Notes: a model not told the origin generated them from the letters alone. Shown: positions 8,463 to 16,881, counted from the first letter of the stretch. The stretch is DNA of 23,259 nt from an uncultured virus (IMG/VR IMGVR_UViG_3300025009_000009) (IMGVR_UViG_3300025009_000009:62001-85259); one strand, 5' to 3'. Program-made: numbers and translations.

Positions 8463-8713
8463 TTAGAAAATATAAAAATAGAAAAATGTATTGTTCTGAA
8501 TTGAATAGATGTTTAAAACTAAATGATATTAGTAAGTTAGTTAAAAAAGATATTACTTTACAAGTATTAGATTATAATGACGTTGATGTTACAAACGAAA
8601 TATTAAAGATGATACTAGTTAACTGTAATATACCAATACAACAACTAATAGAACTTATAAACCAATACTATGAGGTGAAAGATGATAAAAACGAAGGAAC
8701 AAGCGATAACTAG
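8456..8713 (+). CDS. PhaR/PhbF-type (PHA accumulation regulator) DNA-binding domain protein
   Basis: LIRKYKNRKMY...LNDISKLVK...LQVLD...DVTNEIL fits the IKKYxNRRLY...DIT..VL pattern; start at ATG 8456 after GGAG. Confidence 0.7.
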   Translation: MLIRKYKNRKMYCSELNRCLKLNDISKLVKKDITLQVLDYNDVDVTNEILKMILVNCNIPIQQLIELINQYYEVKDDKNEGTSDN

Positions 8714-8828
8714 AATTCGATATTTAGATGATCTATATTTTGAGACTGAAAAGGATAAACAAGGATTGATATTACTAGAAATATATGTTATATTACATAG
8801 ATTAGCAACAAACTATTATGGAGAATAG
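8682..8828 (+). CDS. Small hypothetical protein, 48 aa, not in the ORF track
   Basis: GAGGTG SD; MIKTKEQAITRIRYLDDLYFE...; fills the gap before 8832. Confidence 0.55.
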   Translation: MIKTKEQAITRIRYLDDLYFETEKDKQGLILLEIYVILHRLATNYYGE

Positions 8829-8831
8829 AAA

Positions 8832-9542
8832 ATGAGTAATTACAAACAAATAGTTAACTTATCAGAATCAATCAACAAAGAAGAAATTAATTATTGGATT
8901 GATCACAATCTTAATAATTATTTAAAAACTAGTCTAGAAAATGTTAGTGAAATAGAGCATATAATTGACTTCTTTTTATCAAAAAAAGAAAAAATCAGAC
9001 TTCATAAAATGAGCTATCAAGTAGCCGTTGAACTATCAAAACAATGGATTGAAAAACTAAATAAAAAGTCTGGTGAAATTATAGAAACAGAAGAAGATAC
9101 TGAATTGTTATTTAAATTTAAAAACGGTTTTAGAGTGGTTAAATTAGTGTCTGAATCAAGTTATAAAAGAGAAGGCTTATTAATGAGTCATTGTGTAGCA
9201 AGTTACTACGCCAAATCGAATATTGAGATTGTTAGTTTAAGAGATGTAAACAATAAACCGCATTGTACAATTGAATTTCAAAAGACTAACAACGTTATTA
9301 ATCAAATAAAAGGTAAGGGAAACGGTAGTATACATCCTAAGTATATTAAAGCTGTAATTAAAATTCTTAAGAAGTTTAACGTTGAAATTCGAGAGAGTGA
9401 ATTGAAAAACTTAGGTTATATTAATTTAAATGAAAAACAATGGTTATACTTAGAAGAAAATTTTGAAAATCTAAAGTGGATTATGTTTAATAATACTAAA
9501 TTTTTATATACTAATTTAAAATATAAAAGAATTCATAAATAA
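8832..9542 (+). CDS. PcfJ-like domain protein
   Basis: EGLLMSHCVASY, SLRD..NKPHCTIE, INQIKGKGN. Confidence 0.75.
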   Translation: MSNYKQIVNLSESINKEEINYWIDHNLNNYLKTSLENVSEIEHIIDFFLSKKEKIRLHKMSYQVAVELSKQWIEKLNKKSGEIIETEEDTELLFKFKNGFRVVKLVSESSYKREGLLMSHCVASYYAKSNIEIVSLRDVNNKPHCTIEFQKTNNVINQIKGKGNGSIHPKYIKAVIKILKKFNVEIRESELKNLGYINLNEKQWLYLEENFENLKWIMFNNTKFLYTNLKYKRIHK

Positions 9543-9599
9543 CAGCCTTTTTATTAAAAAAGTGGTTATAATTTGAATTATGTTTACTATGAGGTATAT

Positions 9600-10211
9600 A
9601 TGAAAGAAAAAAAGAAATTTAGTTTAGTTGAAAATAATATCAAAGTAGATGCTTTAATATGGAATTTACCAGCTATTATTACATGTAAAGCAAACTTAGA
9701 ATGTCATAAGTATTGTTATTGCAAAAAAGATAAACGTTTTCCAAGTGTTGAGGTTAGCCGAACTAATAATTTACAATTCAGTAAGTCAACAGACTTTGTA
9801 AATGAACTAACTAACGCTATTAAAAGTAATAAAAAGCATTCAACGGTTAGACTTCACGCGTCGGGTGATTTTTATAGTGTTCAATACATAAGTGATTGGT
9901 ATAAAATAATAAGTAATTGTCCAGAAGTAACTTTTTATGCTTACACAAAACGTGATGATCTATTTACTAAAGAGATATTAGCCGAAAAGCCTAACAACTT
10001 AACTTTGATATTTAGCGTTGATGGTTTATTTGAGACAATTCAAGACATACCAAATATCGATGTTCCACAAGGTTATAACAAGATAGCATTTGTAACAAAA
10101 AATGATACAAATTGTGTTGCTCAAAAAGACGATGATAAAAAATGTATTAGTGGTTGTAAGAAATGCTTGAAGTCATGTAAAGAAAATATTATTGTATTTA
10201 AAAAACATTAA
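9600..10211 (+). CDS. Gp88-family (radical SAM-like Fe-S) phage protein
   Basis: NLPAIITC...CHKYCYC, VRLHASGDFYS, FYAYTK, C-terminal CxxCxxC; start moved to the ATG after GAGGT. Confidence 0.8.
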   Translation: MKEKKKFSLVENNIKVDALIWNLPAIITCKANLECHKYCYCKKDKRFPSVEVSRTNNLQFSKSTDFVNELTNAIKSNKKHSTVRLHASGDFYSVQYISDWYKIISNCPEVTFYAYTKRDDLFTKEILAEKPNNLTLIFSVDGLFETIQDIPNIDVPQGYNKIAFVTKNDTNCVAQKDDDKKCISGCKKCLKSCKENIIVFKKH

Positions 10212-10228
10212 TTTTTGGAGATATAGAA

Positions 10229-10417
10229 ATGACTAAATATAAATTTACAGATCTTTCACCAGAGGCTAAATTAAATGCAATGTTAGATTATATTAGTGGT
10301 TGGCAACAAACACATAATGACGATCCTTTCGATTTAACGGATGCAGAAAGTGCTTGTCTCGATCTTAATGATGAATTATTTTATAACGAAAAAGGAGAAT
10401 TACTAGATGAATATTAA
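10229..10417 (+). CDS. Small acidic hypothetical protein (YKFTDLSPEAK...FYNEKGE)
   Basis: GGAG SD upstream. Confidence 0.65.
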   Translation: MTKYKFTDLSPEAKLNAMLDYISGWQQTHNDDPFDLTDAESACLDLNDELFYNEKGELLDEY

Positions 10418-10549
10418 AACACTAACTGAAGCTATTATCTTAACATTAATATTACTAATACCTATTATCTATATTACTTATATTAGTTATGAGTACATGA
10501 ACACTATAAGTAATTTTAGTTATAGTATATTTTTAAATTAGGTGTAAAC

Positions 10550-10705
10550 ATGCAAAACTTAAAACAAAATAAAATAGTCTTACTAATATTGTTGATATTT
10601 TGTGGTATCTTAGGTATATTACCAAAGAATAATGATCTTGGTGATATTATAAATAAGGCGATAGAAAACGTAAGAAATGATTTACAAGGTGTTAAACATG
10701 AATGA
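10550..10705 (+). CDS. Small membrane-anchored protein, 51 aa, not in the ORF track
   Basis: MQNLKQNKIVLLILLIFCGILGILP...; AGGTG upstream. Confidence 0.5.
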   Translation: MQNLKQNKIVLLILLIFCGILGILPKNNDLGDIINKAIENVRNDLQGVKHE

Positions 10706-10858
10706 AATAATAGATAAAATGATAGACATACAAGAGAACATGTTGATAATCGAAGAGTCTTTACTTTATAATAGTGATAAAAATTTACAGTTAAAACTAA
10801 ATGAATTGTATAATCAATGGTTAAATTATAAAAACTTACTAACAAAATAGAGGTGTTT

Positions 10859-11575
10859 ATGGGACAATATCATATTATTTATAACATAGATAAAAAAGAA
10901 TTCATAGATGCGCGTAGCTTTGATAGTGGTTTAAAATTGTTTGAGTATCCGTTTTATGGTGTTATGATGTTTGCTTTTAATTTGTTGTTAAGCAATTCTA
11001 ACGGTCGTGGTGGTGGTGACTTATACGTAAAGCATGATTATGATAAAAAAACATATAAGAGAATAGAAACAGAAGAAACAAAGTTAAAAGAAGCTATTTT
11101 ATCTCAAGTGTCCAGTAGATGGTCTGGTGATAGAATAGTTGTACAAGGTGATTATGTTAACGAAAACGATAAAGCTTATATAAATGATGTTGATATAGAA
11201 AACAATTATACCAATATTTCTAAATTAGTTTTAAATGTTCTAACGTTAGATGATTATTTACGTGAAAAAATACCAAGTGGTTATTCATGGAAATATTTAG
11301 CTAACAAAAAGGATAACAAATATAATAACGCTTTAGAATTAATAAAAGATACTAAAGGTAGAATGTTTAGGATTAAGTTTATTAAAAAAAGTGGTGAAAT
11401 AAGAGAGTTAACTGTTAGAAATGGAGTTACTAAACATATTAAAGGTGTTGAAAGAAAGAAAAATGATAACAATTTAGTGTTATATGATATGAATAATAAA
11501 AGTTACAAGACTATTATTAAAGATAATATTGTTAGTATAAAATTTAATGGTGTTATTTATAATTTCGATAGATAA
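10859..11575 (+). CDS. Two-domain protein: conserved hypothetical N-domain plus C-terminal WYL/SH3-like beta-barrel
   Basis: N: MGQYH...DKKEFI...GLKLFE...GRGGGD...RWSGDRIVVQGDY. C: GRMFRIKFIKKSGEIREL...LYDMNNKSYKTI. Confidence 0.65.
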   Translation: MGQYHIIYNIDKKEFIDARSFDSGLKLFEYPFYGVMMFAFNLLLSNSNGRGGGDLYVKHDYDKKTYKRIETEETKLKEAILSQVSSRWSGDRIVVQGDYVNENDKAYINDVDIENNYTNISKLVLNVLTLDDYLREKIPSGYSWKYLANKKDNKYNNALELIKDTKGRMFRIKFIKKSGEIRELTVRNGVTKHIKGVERKKNDNNLVLYDMNNKSYKTIIKDNIVSIKFNGVIYNFDR

Positions 11576-11586
11576 TAATATAGTAT

Positions 11587-11625
11587 TATCAAATGTACAT
11601 TCTTGAACGAAGTAAAGGAAAGTTA
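11587..11625 (+). repeat. Degenerate nested GA/GNA hairpin element upstream of repeat gene B
   Basis: TATC-AA-AT-GTA-[CAT-TCTT-GA-AC-GAA-GT-AA-AGGA-AA]-GT-TA. Confidence 0.65.
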
Positions 11626-11627
11626 AA

Positions 11628-12167
11628 ATGACACAATATGAAAACGACTTAGCTTGGATTAAAGACAATGGTTGTAATTTACGTTATATTTACAATCAGA
11701 CCGATGAGATTTGTTTAGCTGTTGTTAAACAAAACGGTAGAGCTTTGGAATATGTTAAACATCAGACAGAAGAAATATGTTTAGCTGCTGTTAAAGAGAA
11801 TGGTATGGCTTTACAATTTGTTAAACATCAAACAGAAGAAATATGTTTAGCTGCTGTTAAGCAAAATGGTTATGCTTTACTATATGTTAAGCATCAAACT
11901 GATGAATTATGTTTAGCTGCTGTCAATCAAAATGGTTATGCTTTGAAATATGTTGAATATCAAACACCAGAATTATGCTTAGTTGCTGTTACTAATTATG
12001 GTAATGCTTTGAAATATGTTAAGCATCAAACTGACGAATTATGCTTAGTTGCGATTAAAAAATATGAATGGTGTTTGTGTTATGTTAAACCAGAGATTAA
12101 AACTAAAGATTTTTTATTACGATGTTTAGAAATTAATATAGCTTGTATAAAATATATGGAGATATAG
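11628..12167 (+). CDS. DUF4116-like 22-aa repeat protein, copy B (6 full repeats plus cap)
   Basis: Same repeat unit and caps as copy A. Confidence 0.85.
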   Translation: MTQYENDLAWIKDNGCNLRYIYNQTDEICLAVVKQNGRALEYVKHQTEEICLAAVKENGMALQFVKHQTEEICLAAVKQNGYALLYVKHQTDELCLAAVNQNGYALKYVEYQTPELCLVAVTNYGNALKYVKHQTDELCLVAIKKYEWCLCYVKPEIKTKDFLLRCLEINIACIKYMEI

Positions 12168-12169
12168 AA

Positions 12170-12454
12170 ATGAATAATATAATAGATTTTCCTAAAATAA
12201 AACAATTACAAGAGGAACTAAATAAATTACTAGAAAGCAATCCAGAAAGAAGGGAATATCAAGAGTGGTTAAATAAACAACTAGATAAATATGGTGATGG
12301 TTCTACTCCAGAAAGTAGACATAATAGAATGTTATTTTTTAATGAATTACTAAAGGATAAAATAAGATCTTTAAACAAAGCTTTGTTAGATTGTAAAGTA
12401 GATTTAGAAAAGATTAAGACTAAAATAAAGGATATAGAAAATGATAGTAAATAA
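12170..12454 (+). CDS. Hypothetical coiled-coil protein (MNNIIDFP...)
   Basis: Start moved to ATG 12170 after GGAG at the end of copy B. Confidence 0.65.
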   Translation: MNNIIDFPKIKQLQEELNKLLESNPERREYQEWLNKQLDKYGDGSTPESRHNRMLFFNELLKDKIRSLNKALLDCKVDLEKIKTKIKDIENDSK

Positions 12455-12707
12455 AAGGTATCACAGTCCTTTGTTATATAAAGTAAATAAACGAAACAAC
12501 TATCAAGTCTGGTGTGCTATAGTTGAAGATAATATATTAAAGATTATGTCATACGAACAATCGTATAATAGATTTAATAAACGTAACTATATAAAAGAAT
12601 ATGATAACAAAGAAACTGCTATTAATGATTTGAATAAACGTTATGAAGAAAAAAGAAAGAAAGGATTCAGAAATTGGAACGAAATAAACAAAGATATATC
12701 AACTTAG
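12441..12707 (+). CDS. WGR-like domain protein
   Basis: LYKVNKRNNYQVWCAIVE...KEYDNKETAINDLNKRYEEKRKKGF resembles WGR domains, though the W-G-R residues are not evident. Confidence 0.5.
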   Translation: MIVNKRYHSPLLYKVNKRNNYQVWCAIVEDNILKIMSYEQSYNRFNKRNYIKEYDNKETAINDLNKRYEEKRKKGFRNWNEINKDIST

Positions 12708-12946
12708 GTTGGTTTATATTACAAAGTAAATATTGTTATTACTTAGAAGTTAAGTTTAAACATTTAAATGATACAGAATATGATAAAATAGAGGATGAAT
12801 ATAAACAGTTAGCTAAAGATCTAGGGTTACCAATAAGTGCTTGTGATATGGTCGGTTTTGATTTAAATAGGGCAAGTTGTAGATTGGTTAAAGATAAACT
12901 AGAGCAAACAAAGAGTGTTGACTTTGGTTTATTAAATGAAGTATAA
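12674..12946 (+). CDS. Stand-alone NAD-dependent DNA ligase domain Ia-like protein
   Basis: KYCYY...LNDTEYDKIE resembles LigA YY...ISDxEYD; no ligase catalytic core; start uncertain. Confidence 0.5.
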   Translation: MERNKQRYINLGWFILQSKYCYYLEVKFKHLNDTEYDKIEDEYKQLAKDLGLPISACDMVGFDLNRASCRLVKDKLEQTKSVDFGLLNEV

Positions 12947-12947
12947 T

Positions 12948-12990
12948 TACTAAATATCACTTCTTGAACGAAGTGAAAGATAATTAGGTA
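12948..12990 (+). repeat. Nested GA/GNA hairpin element
   Basis: Inner TCTT-GA-AC-GAA-GT-GA-AAGA (12962-12980) inside a degenerate TACT...GGTA outer element. Confidence 0.8.
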
Positions 12991-13066
12991 TAGTATGATT
13001 TGGATTATATTTATTTGTTCAATATTATTTTTTATGTGGTTAATAGGATAAAAAAATGAGGCGTAT

Positions 13067-13606
13067 ATGACACAATATGAAAACGACTTAGCTTGGATTA
13101 AAGACAATGGTTGTAATTTACGTTATATTTACAATCAGACCGATGAGATTTGTTTAGCTGTTGTTAAACAAAACGGTAGAGCTTTGGAATATGTTAAACA
13201 TCAGACAGAAGAAATATGTTTAGCTGCTGTTAAAGAGAATGGTACGGCTTTACAATTTGTTAAACATCAAACAGAAGAAATATGTTTAGCTGCGGTTATA
13301 GAGAATGGTTATGCTATATGTTGGGTTAAACATCAAACAGAAGAATTGTGTTTAATTGCTGTTAAAAAATATAGTGATGTTTTGCGTTTTGTTAAACATC
13401 AAACAGAAGAAATTTGTTTAGCTGCTGTTAAACAAGACGGTTATGCTTTGGAATATGTTAAACATCAAACTGATGAAATATGTTTAGCTGCTGTTAATCA
13501 ATATGGTAATGCTTTGAAATATGTTAAACCAGAGATTAAAACGGAAGAATTTTTATTACGATGTTTAGAAACTAATATAGCTTGTATAAAATATATGGAG
13601 ATATAG
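13067..13606 (+). CDS. DUF4116-like 22-aa repeat protein, copy C (6 full repeats plus cap)
   Basis: 5' end nearly identical to B; 3' end identical to D. Confidence 0.85.
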   Translation: MTQYENDLAWIKDNGCNLRYIYNQTDEICLAVVKQNGRALEYVKHQTEEICLAAVKENGTALQFVKHQTEEICLAAVIENGYAICWVKHQTEELCLIAVKKYSDVLRFVKHQTEEICLAAVKQDGYALEYVKHQTDEICLAAVNQYGNALKYVKPEIKTEEFLLRCLETNIACIKYMEI

Positions 13607-13608
13607 AA

Positions 13609-14658
13609 ATGAAGATATCTTGGAGTAGAATAGAGAAGTATTTAACTTGTCCTAAATACTATTATTACTATTACATTTGTGGTTATAGAGACACAACAAT
13701 TAGTTCAGCTTTATTCTTTGGTACTAGTTTGGGTACAACTTGGCAACAAATACTTTTAACTAAAAAAGAACAGCTAACAGAAGAAGAAAAAAAGATAATC
13801 AACATTAATCCGTATATCTTTTTTGATAATTTATATAAAACAGTTAAGATAAATGATAACATTTACGATTTAGAAGATTGTATGTATGCTCGGTATTTTA
13901 AAAGTGATTTTGATAGTGATATACTAAATACTGAGGATAATGAACGAATAACAACATATAAACAAAAGAATAACATAGAAGAAAGTTTATCTTTTGATAT
14001 ATTGTATCCTAAATATGAAACTTATTCAACTAATGAAAAAGAAACAAAGTTTATTAACTTCCTATTTTGGGTGTCAACAAGACGTAAAGCTTATATGTTA
14101 ATCGATATTTATATAAAAGAAGTATTACCTTTGGTTCATAAAGTACATAGAATTGAAGGTAAAATATCTATAGAAAATACTAATGGTGATGTTCTTGAAG
14201 GATTTCTAGACGTTGATGCAGACTTTGAATATCCTAAAGATAATGTACAAAGAGTAATATTAGACCATAAAACTAGTAGTGTTAAATATAGTTCTAATGC
14301 TATTTTAACAAAGCAACAGCTTGCTTTATATAGCTATTCTGAAGGAATTGAGACACAAGGGTATATAATTGGATTAAAAAAGATAAAGAAACCTAAAATT
14401 GGTACAAATAAAGGTAAATTACAAGCAGAAATACAAATATTAGTTGATAAAATATCAGAAGAAAGACAAGAAGAAGTTATAAAAGAAGCAGATTCTGTCT
14501 TACAAAAGATAAAGAAACAAGAGTTTGAAAAGGATTATAGTAAAGGTTGTTTAGTATTTGGTAAATCTTGTTGTTATAAACCTTTATGTCATAAAGGATG
14601 TAATCCTGATTATTTGTATATAAAAAAAGGTGAGAATATAAGCAAAAAATGGGAGTAA
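13609..14658 (+). CDS. PD-(D/E)XK nuclease, Cas4/RecB-like exonuclease
   Basis: ISWSRI..YLTCP, GFLD...ILDHKT, QQLALY and C-terminal Cys cluster; start at ATG 13609. Confidence 0.85.
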   Translation: MKISWSRIEKYLTCPKYYYYYYICGYRDTTISSALFFGTSLGTTWQQILLTKKEQLTEEEKKIININPYIFFDNLYKTVKINDNIYDLEDCMYARYFKSDFDSDILNTEDNERITTYKQKNNIEESLSFDILYPKYETYSTNEKETKFINFLFWVSTRRKAYMLIDIYIKEVLPLVHKVHRIEGKISIENTNGDVLEGFLDVDADFEYPKDNVQRVILDHKTSSVKYSSNAILTKQQLALYSYSEGIETQGYIIGLKKIKKPKIGTNKGKLQAEIQILVDKISEERQEEVIKEADSVLQKIKKQEFEKDYSKGCLVFGKSCCYKPLCHKGCNPDYLYIKKGENISKKWE

Positions 14659-14735
14659 TTACCGAATGTAAATGGTGTATTATTACCGAATGTAATGAAT
14701 TATCGTGAATGATTAGAATTAAATATGGTGAGGTA
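14658..14735 (+). repeat. Two degenerate or interrupted GA/GNA hairpin elements upstream of repeat gene D
   Basis: ATTACCGAATGTAA at 14658-14671 and 14682-14695; GT-GA-GGTA arm ends at 14735. Confidence 0.65.
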
Positions 14736-14740
14736 TATGT

Positions 14741-15676
14741 ATGACACAATATGAAAAAGATTTAGCTGCTGTTAAAGAAAATGGTAGAGCTTTGAAATAT
14801 ATTGAACATCAAACACCAGAATTATGTTTAACTGCTGTTAATCAAAATGGTTATGCTTTGAAATATGTTGAATATCAAACAGAAGAAATATGTTTAGCCG
14901 CTGTTAAGGAAAATAGTTATGCTTTGAAATATGTTAAACATCAGACTCCAGAACTTTGTATGATTGCTGTTAAAGAAGACGGTCTTACTTTATGTTTTGT
15001 TAAACAACAAACAGAAGAAATATGTTTAGCTGCTGTTAAACAGAATGGTTATGCTTTGGACTATGTTAAACATCAGACAGAAGAAATATACTTAGCCGCT
15101 GTTAAGCAAAATGGTTATGCTTTACAATTGGTTAAACAACAAACTGATGAAATATGTTTAGCTGCTGTTAATCAATATGGTTATGCTTTACAATTGGTTA
15201 AACAACAAACTGATGAAATATGTTTAGCTGCTGTTAAACAAAATGGTTATGCTTTGAAATATGTTAAACATCAGACTCCAGAACTTTGTATGATTGCTGT
15301 TAAAGAAGACGGTCTTACTTTATGTTTTGTTAAACAACAAACAGAAGAAATATATTTAGCTGCTGTTAAAGAGAATGGTATGGCTTTACAATTTGTTAAA
15401 CATCAAACAGAAGAAATATGTTTAGCTGCTGTTAAACAAGACGGTTATGCTTTGAAATATGTTAAACATCAAACAGAAGAAATTTGTTTAGCTGCTGTTA
15501 AACAAGACGGTTATGCTTTGGAATATGTTAAACATCAAACTGATGAAATATGTTTAGCTGCTGTTAATCAATATGGTAATGCTTTGAAATATGTTAAACC
15601 AGAGATTAAAACGGAAGAATTTTTATTACGATGTTTAGAAACTAATATAGCTTGTATAAAATATATGGAGATATAG
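14741..15676 (+). CDS. DUF4116-like 22-aa repeat protein, copy D (12 full repeats plus cap)
   Basis: Same repeat unit and caps; internal duplication of the PELCMIAVKEDGLTLCF block. Confidence 0.85.
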   Translation: MTQYEKDLAAVKENGRALKYIEHQTPELCLTAVNQNGYALKYVEYQTEEICLAAVKENSYALKYVKHQTPELCMIAVKEDGLTLCFVKQQTEEICLAAVKQNGYALDYVKHQTEEIYLAAVKQNGYALQLVKQQTDEICLAAVNQYGYALQLVKQQTDEICLAAVKQNGYALKYVKHQTPELCMIAVKEDGLTLCFVKQQTEEIYLAAVKENGMALQFVKHQTEEICLAAVKQDGYALKYVKHQTEEICLAAVKQDGYALEYVKHQTDEICLAAVNQYGNALKYVKPEIKTEEFLLRCLETNIACIKYMEI

Positions 15677-15677
15677 T

Positions 15678-15995
15678 ATGCGTTATATTATAGTTTTTAT
15701 TATATTTATAATACTAATATCATTAGATACATCACAATCTAATTTAAAAAATCAATCTTGTTATCTAGGTTATGTTGTTAAACTAGAAAAACAAGAAAAG
15801 AAGTATATACTAAATATAAAACTTAATAACGAAATCCAAGTATTAACCATTAATGAAAATAGTGATGTAAAATTCATTGATTTATTACAAAATGTTACAG
15901 GTAAAAATGTTTTAATTGGTATAAAATATATGTATACTAATAATGAATATAGTGATAAACTTGAAAATGTTAAAATAATAAGGAGCAAGATATGA
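15678..15995 (+). CDS. Hypothetical protein with N-terminal signal or TM segment
   Basis: MRYIIVFIIFIILISL; GGAG SD inside the end of copy D. Confidence 0.65.
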   Translation: MRYIIVFIIFIILISLDTSQSNLKNQSCYLGYVVKLEKQEKKYILNIKLNNEIQVLTINENSDVKFIDLLQNVTGKNVLIGIKYMYTNNEYSDKLENVKIIRSKI

Positions 15996-16558
15996 GAAAC
16001 TTTCCATTAGAAAAGGATAAAATAGATAAAAACCAAATATGGACTATTAGTTCAAATGGAACACCAATGTATGTTTGTATTGGTAATGTTGATTCGTTTA
16101 ATCTTTTATATAACTTACCTCAAAATCTTTTAGATGAACTACTAGAATATGGTTGGTGTAATCAATATAATAGATTTCATTTTGAAACGTATAACTTTAA
16201 ATTAAATGATACAATAAAAGATACTAATACAAATACCCAATATGAAATATCCGATGTTACTATGAACATATGTAATAATATATTTGTTGCTAAATTATGG
16301 GATATAGACAATTTTAAGAGTATAGAAATGTCTTTAGGTGATTTAGAATATAATATAAGTAGTCAAGAATATGAAATTATAGAAAAGGAAGAAGATTTAG
16401 TATCTAAAGAAATTGATGATTTTTTTTCTGGTGTTGATGAAAAAAAGGAATTACCTTGTTCTATATATAATAAAGATTGTGAGATAGTAACTTCATATAT
16501 GCCTGTATCTGGTAAATCCTTTAAAATGTGTAGAACCCATAAGAAGGAGGTATTTTAA
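15992..16558 (+). CDS. Hypothetical protein with C-terminal Cys/His motif
   Basis: AGGAG SD; ATGA coupling to the previous ORF. Confidence 0.65.
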   Translation: MRNFPLEKDKIDKNQIWTISSNGTPMYVCIGNVDSFNLLYNLPQNLLDELLEYGWCNQYNRFHFETYNFKLNDTIKDTNTNTQYEISDVTMNICNNIFVAKLWDIDNFKSIEMSLGDLEYNISSQEYEIIEKEEDLVSKEIDDFFSGVDEKKELPCSIYNKDCEIVTSYMPVSGKSFKMCRTHKKEVF

Positions 16559-16881
16559 TGGAAAAATTTAAAATTGGTGATAAATTTAAATATAGAGATG
16601 ATATATATTTCCAAATTATAAACATAGGTGTGTATGATAATGGTGATCCTAGATATAAACTTGAATGTTATGAACGTCAGTTAATATCGATAGACCATTG
16701 TGGTGATGAATGTTTATTGGTGTGTAAAAAAATTGTTAACTTTCCTTGGGAAAATGAGACTTGTAAAGAAATTAAAAATGAATGTGAACATCTTTGGTTT
16801 GAAACTATATCACCATTTTCGGGTATAAAATGGAAAGATTGTAGTAAATGTGGTATGAAGTGGGAAGATTATCAAAAATAA
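16558..16881 (+). CDS. Hypothetical protein with C-terminal CxHxW...CxxCG zinc ribbon
   Basis: AGGAGG SD; CEHLW...DCSKCG. Confidence 0.7.
   Translation: MEKFKIGDKFKYRDDIYFQIINIGVYDNGDPRYKLECYERQLISIDHCGDECLLVCKKIVNFPWENETCKEIKNECEHLWFETISPFSGIKWKDCSKCGMKWEDYQK

Noticed and set aside
8432..13609. Shared N-terminus MYKIYGD on the track ORFs at 8432, 12143 and 13582
   Set aside because: Alternate-frame reading of the shared 3' end of the repeat genes from a TTG; the real starts are the ATGs after GGAG (8456, 12170, 13609)
11628..15676. Diversity-generating retroelement (TR/VR pair) among the near-identical repeat genes
   Set aside because: No reverse transcriptase in the window; differences are block swaps and include non-adenine changes such as T/C
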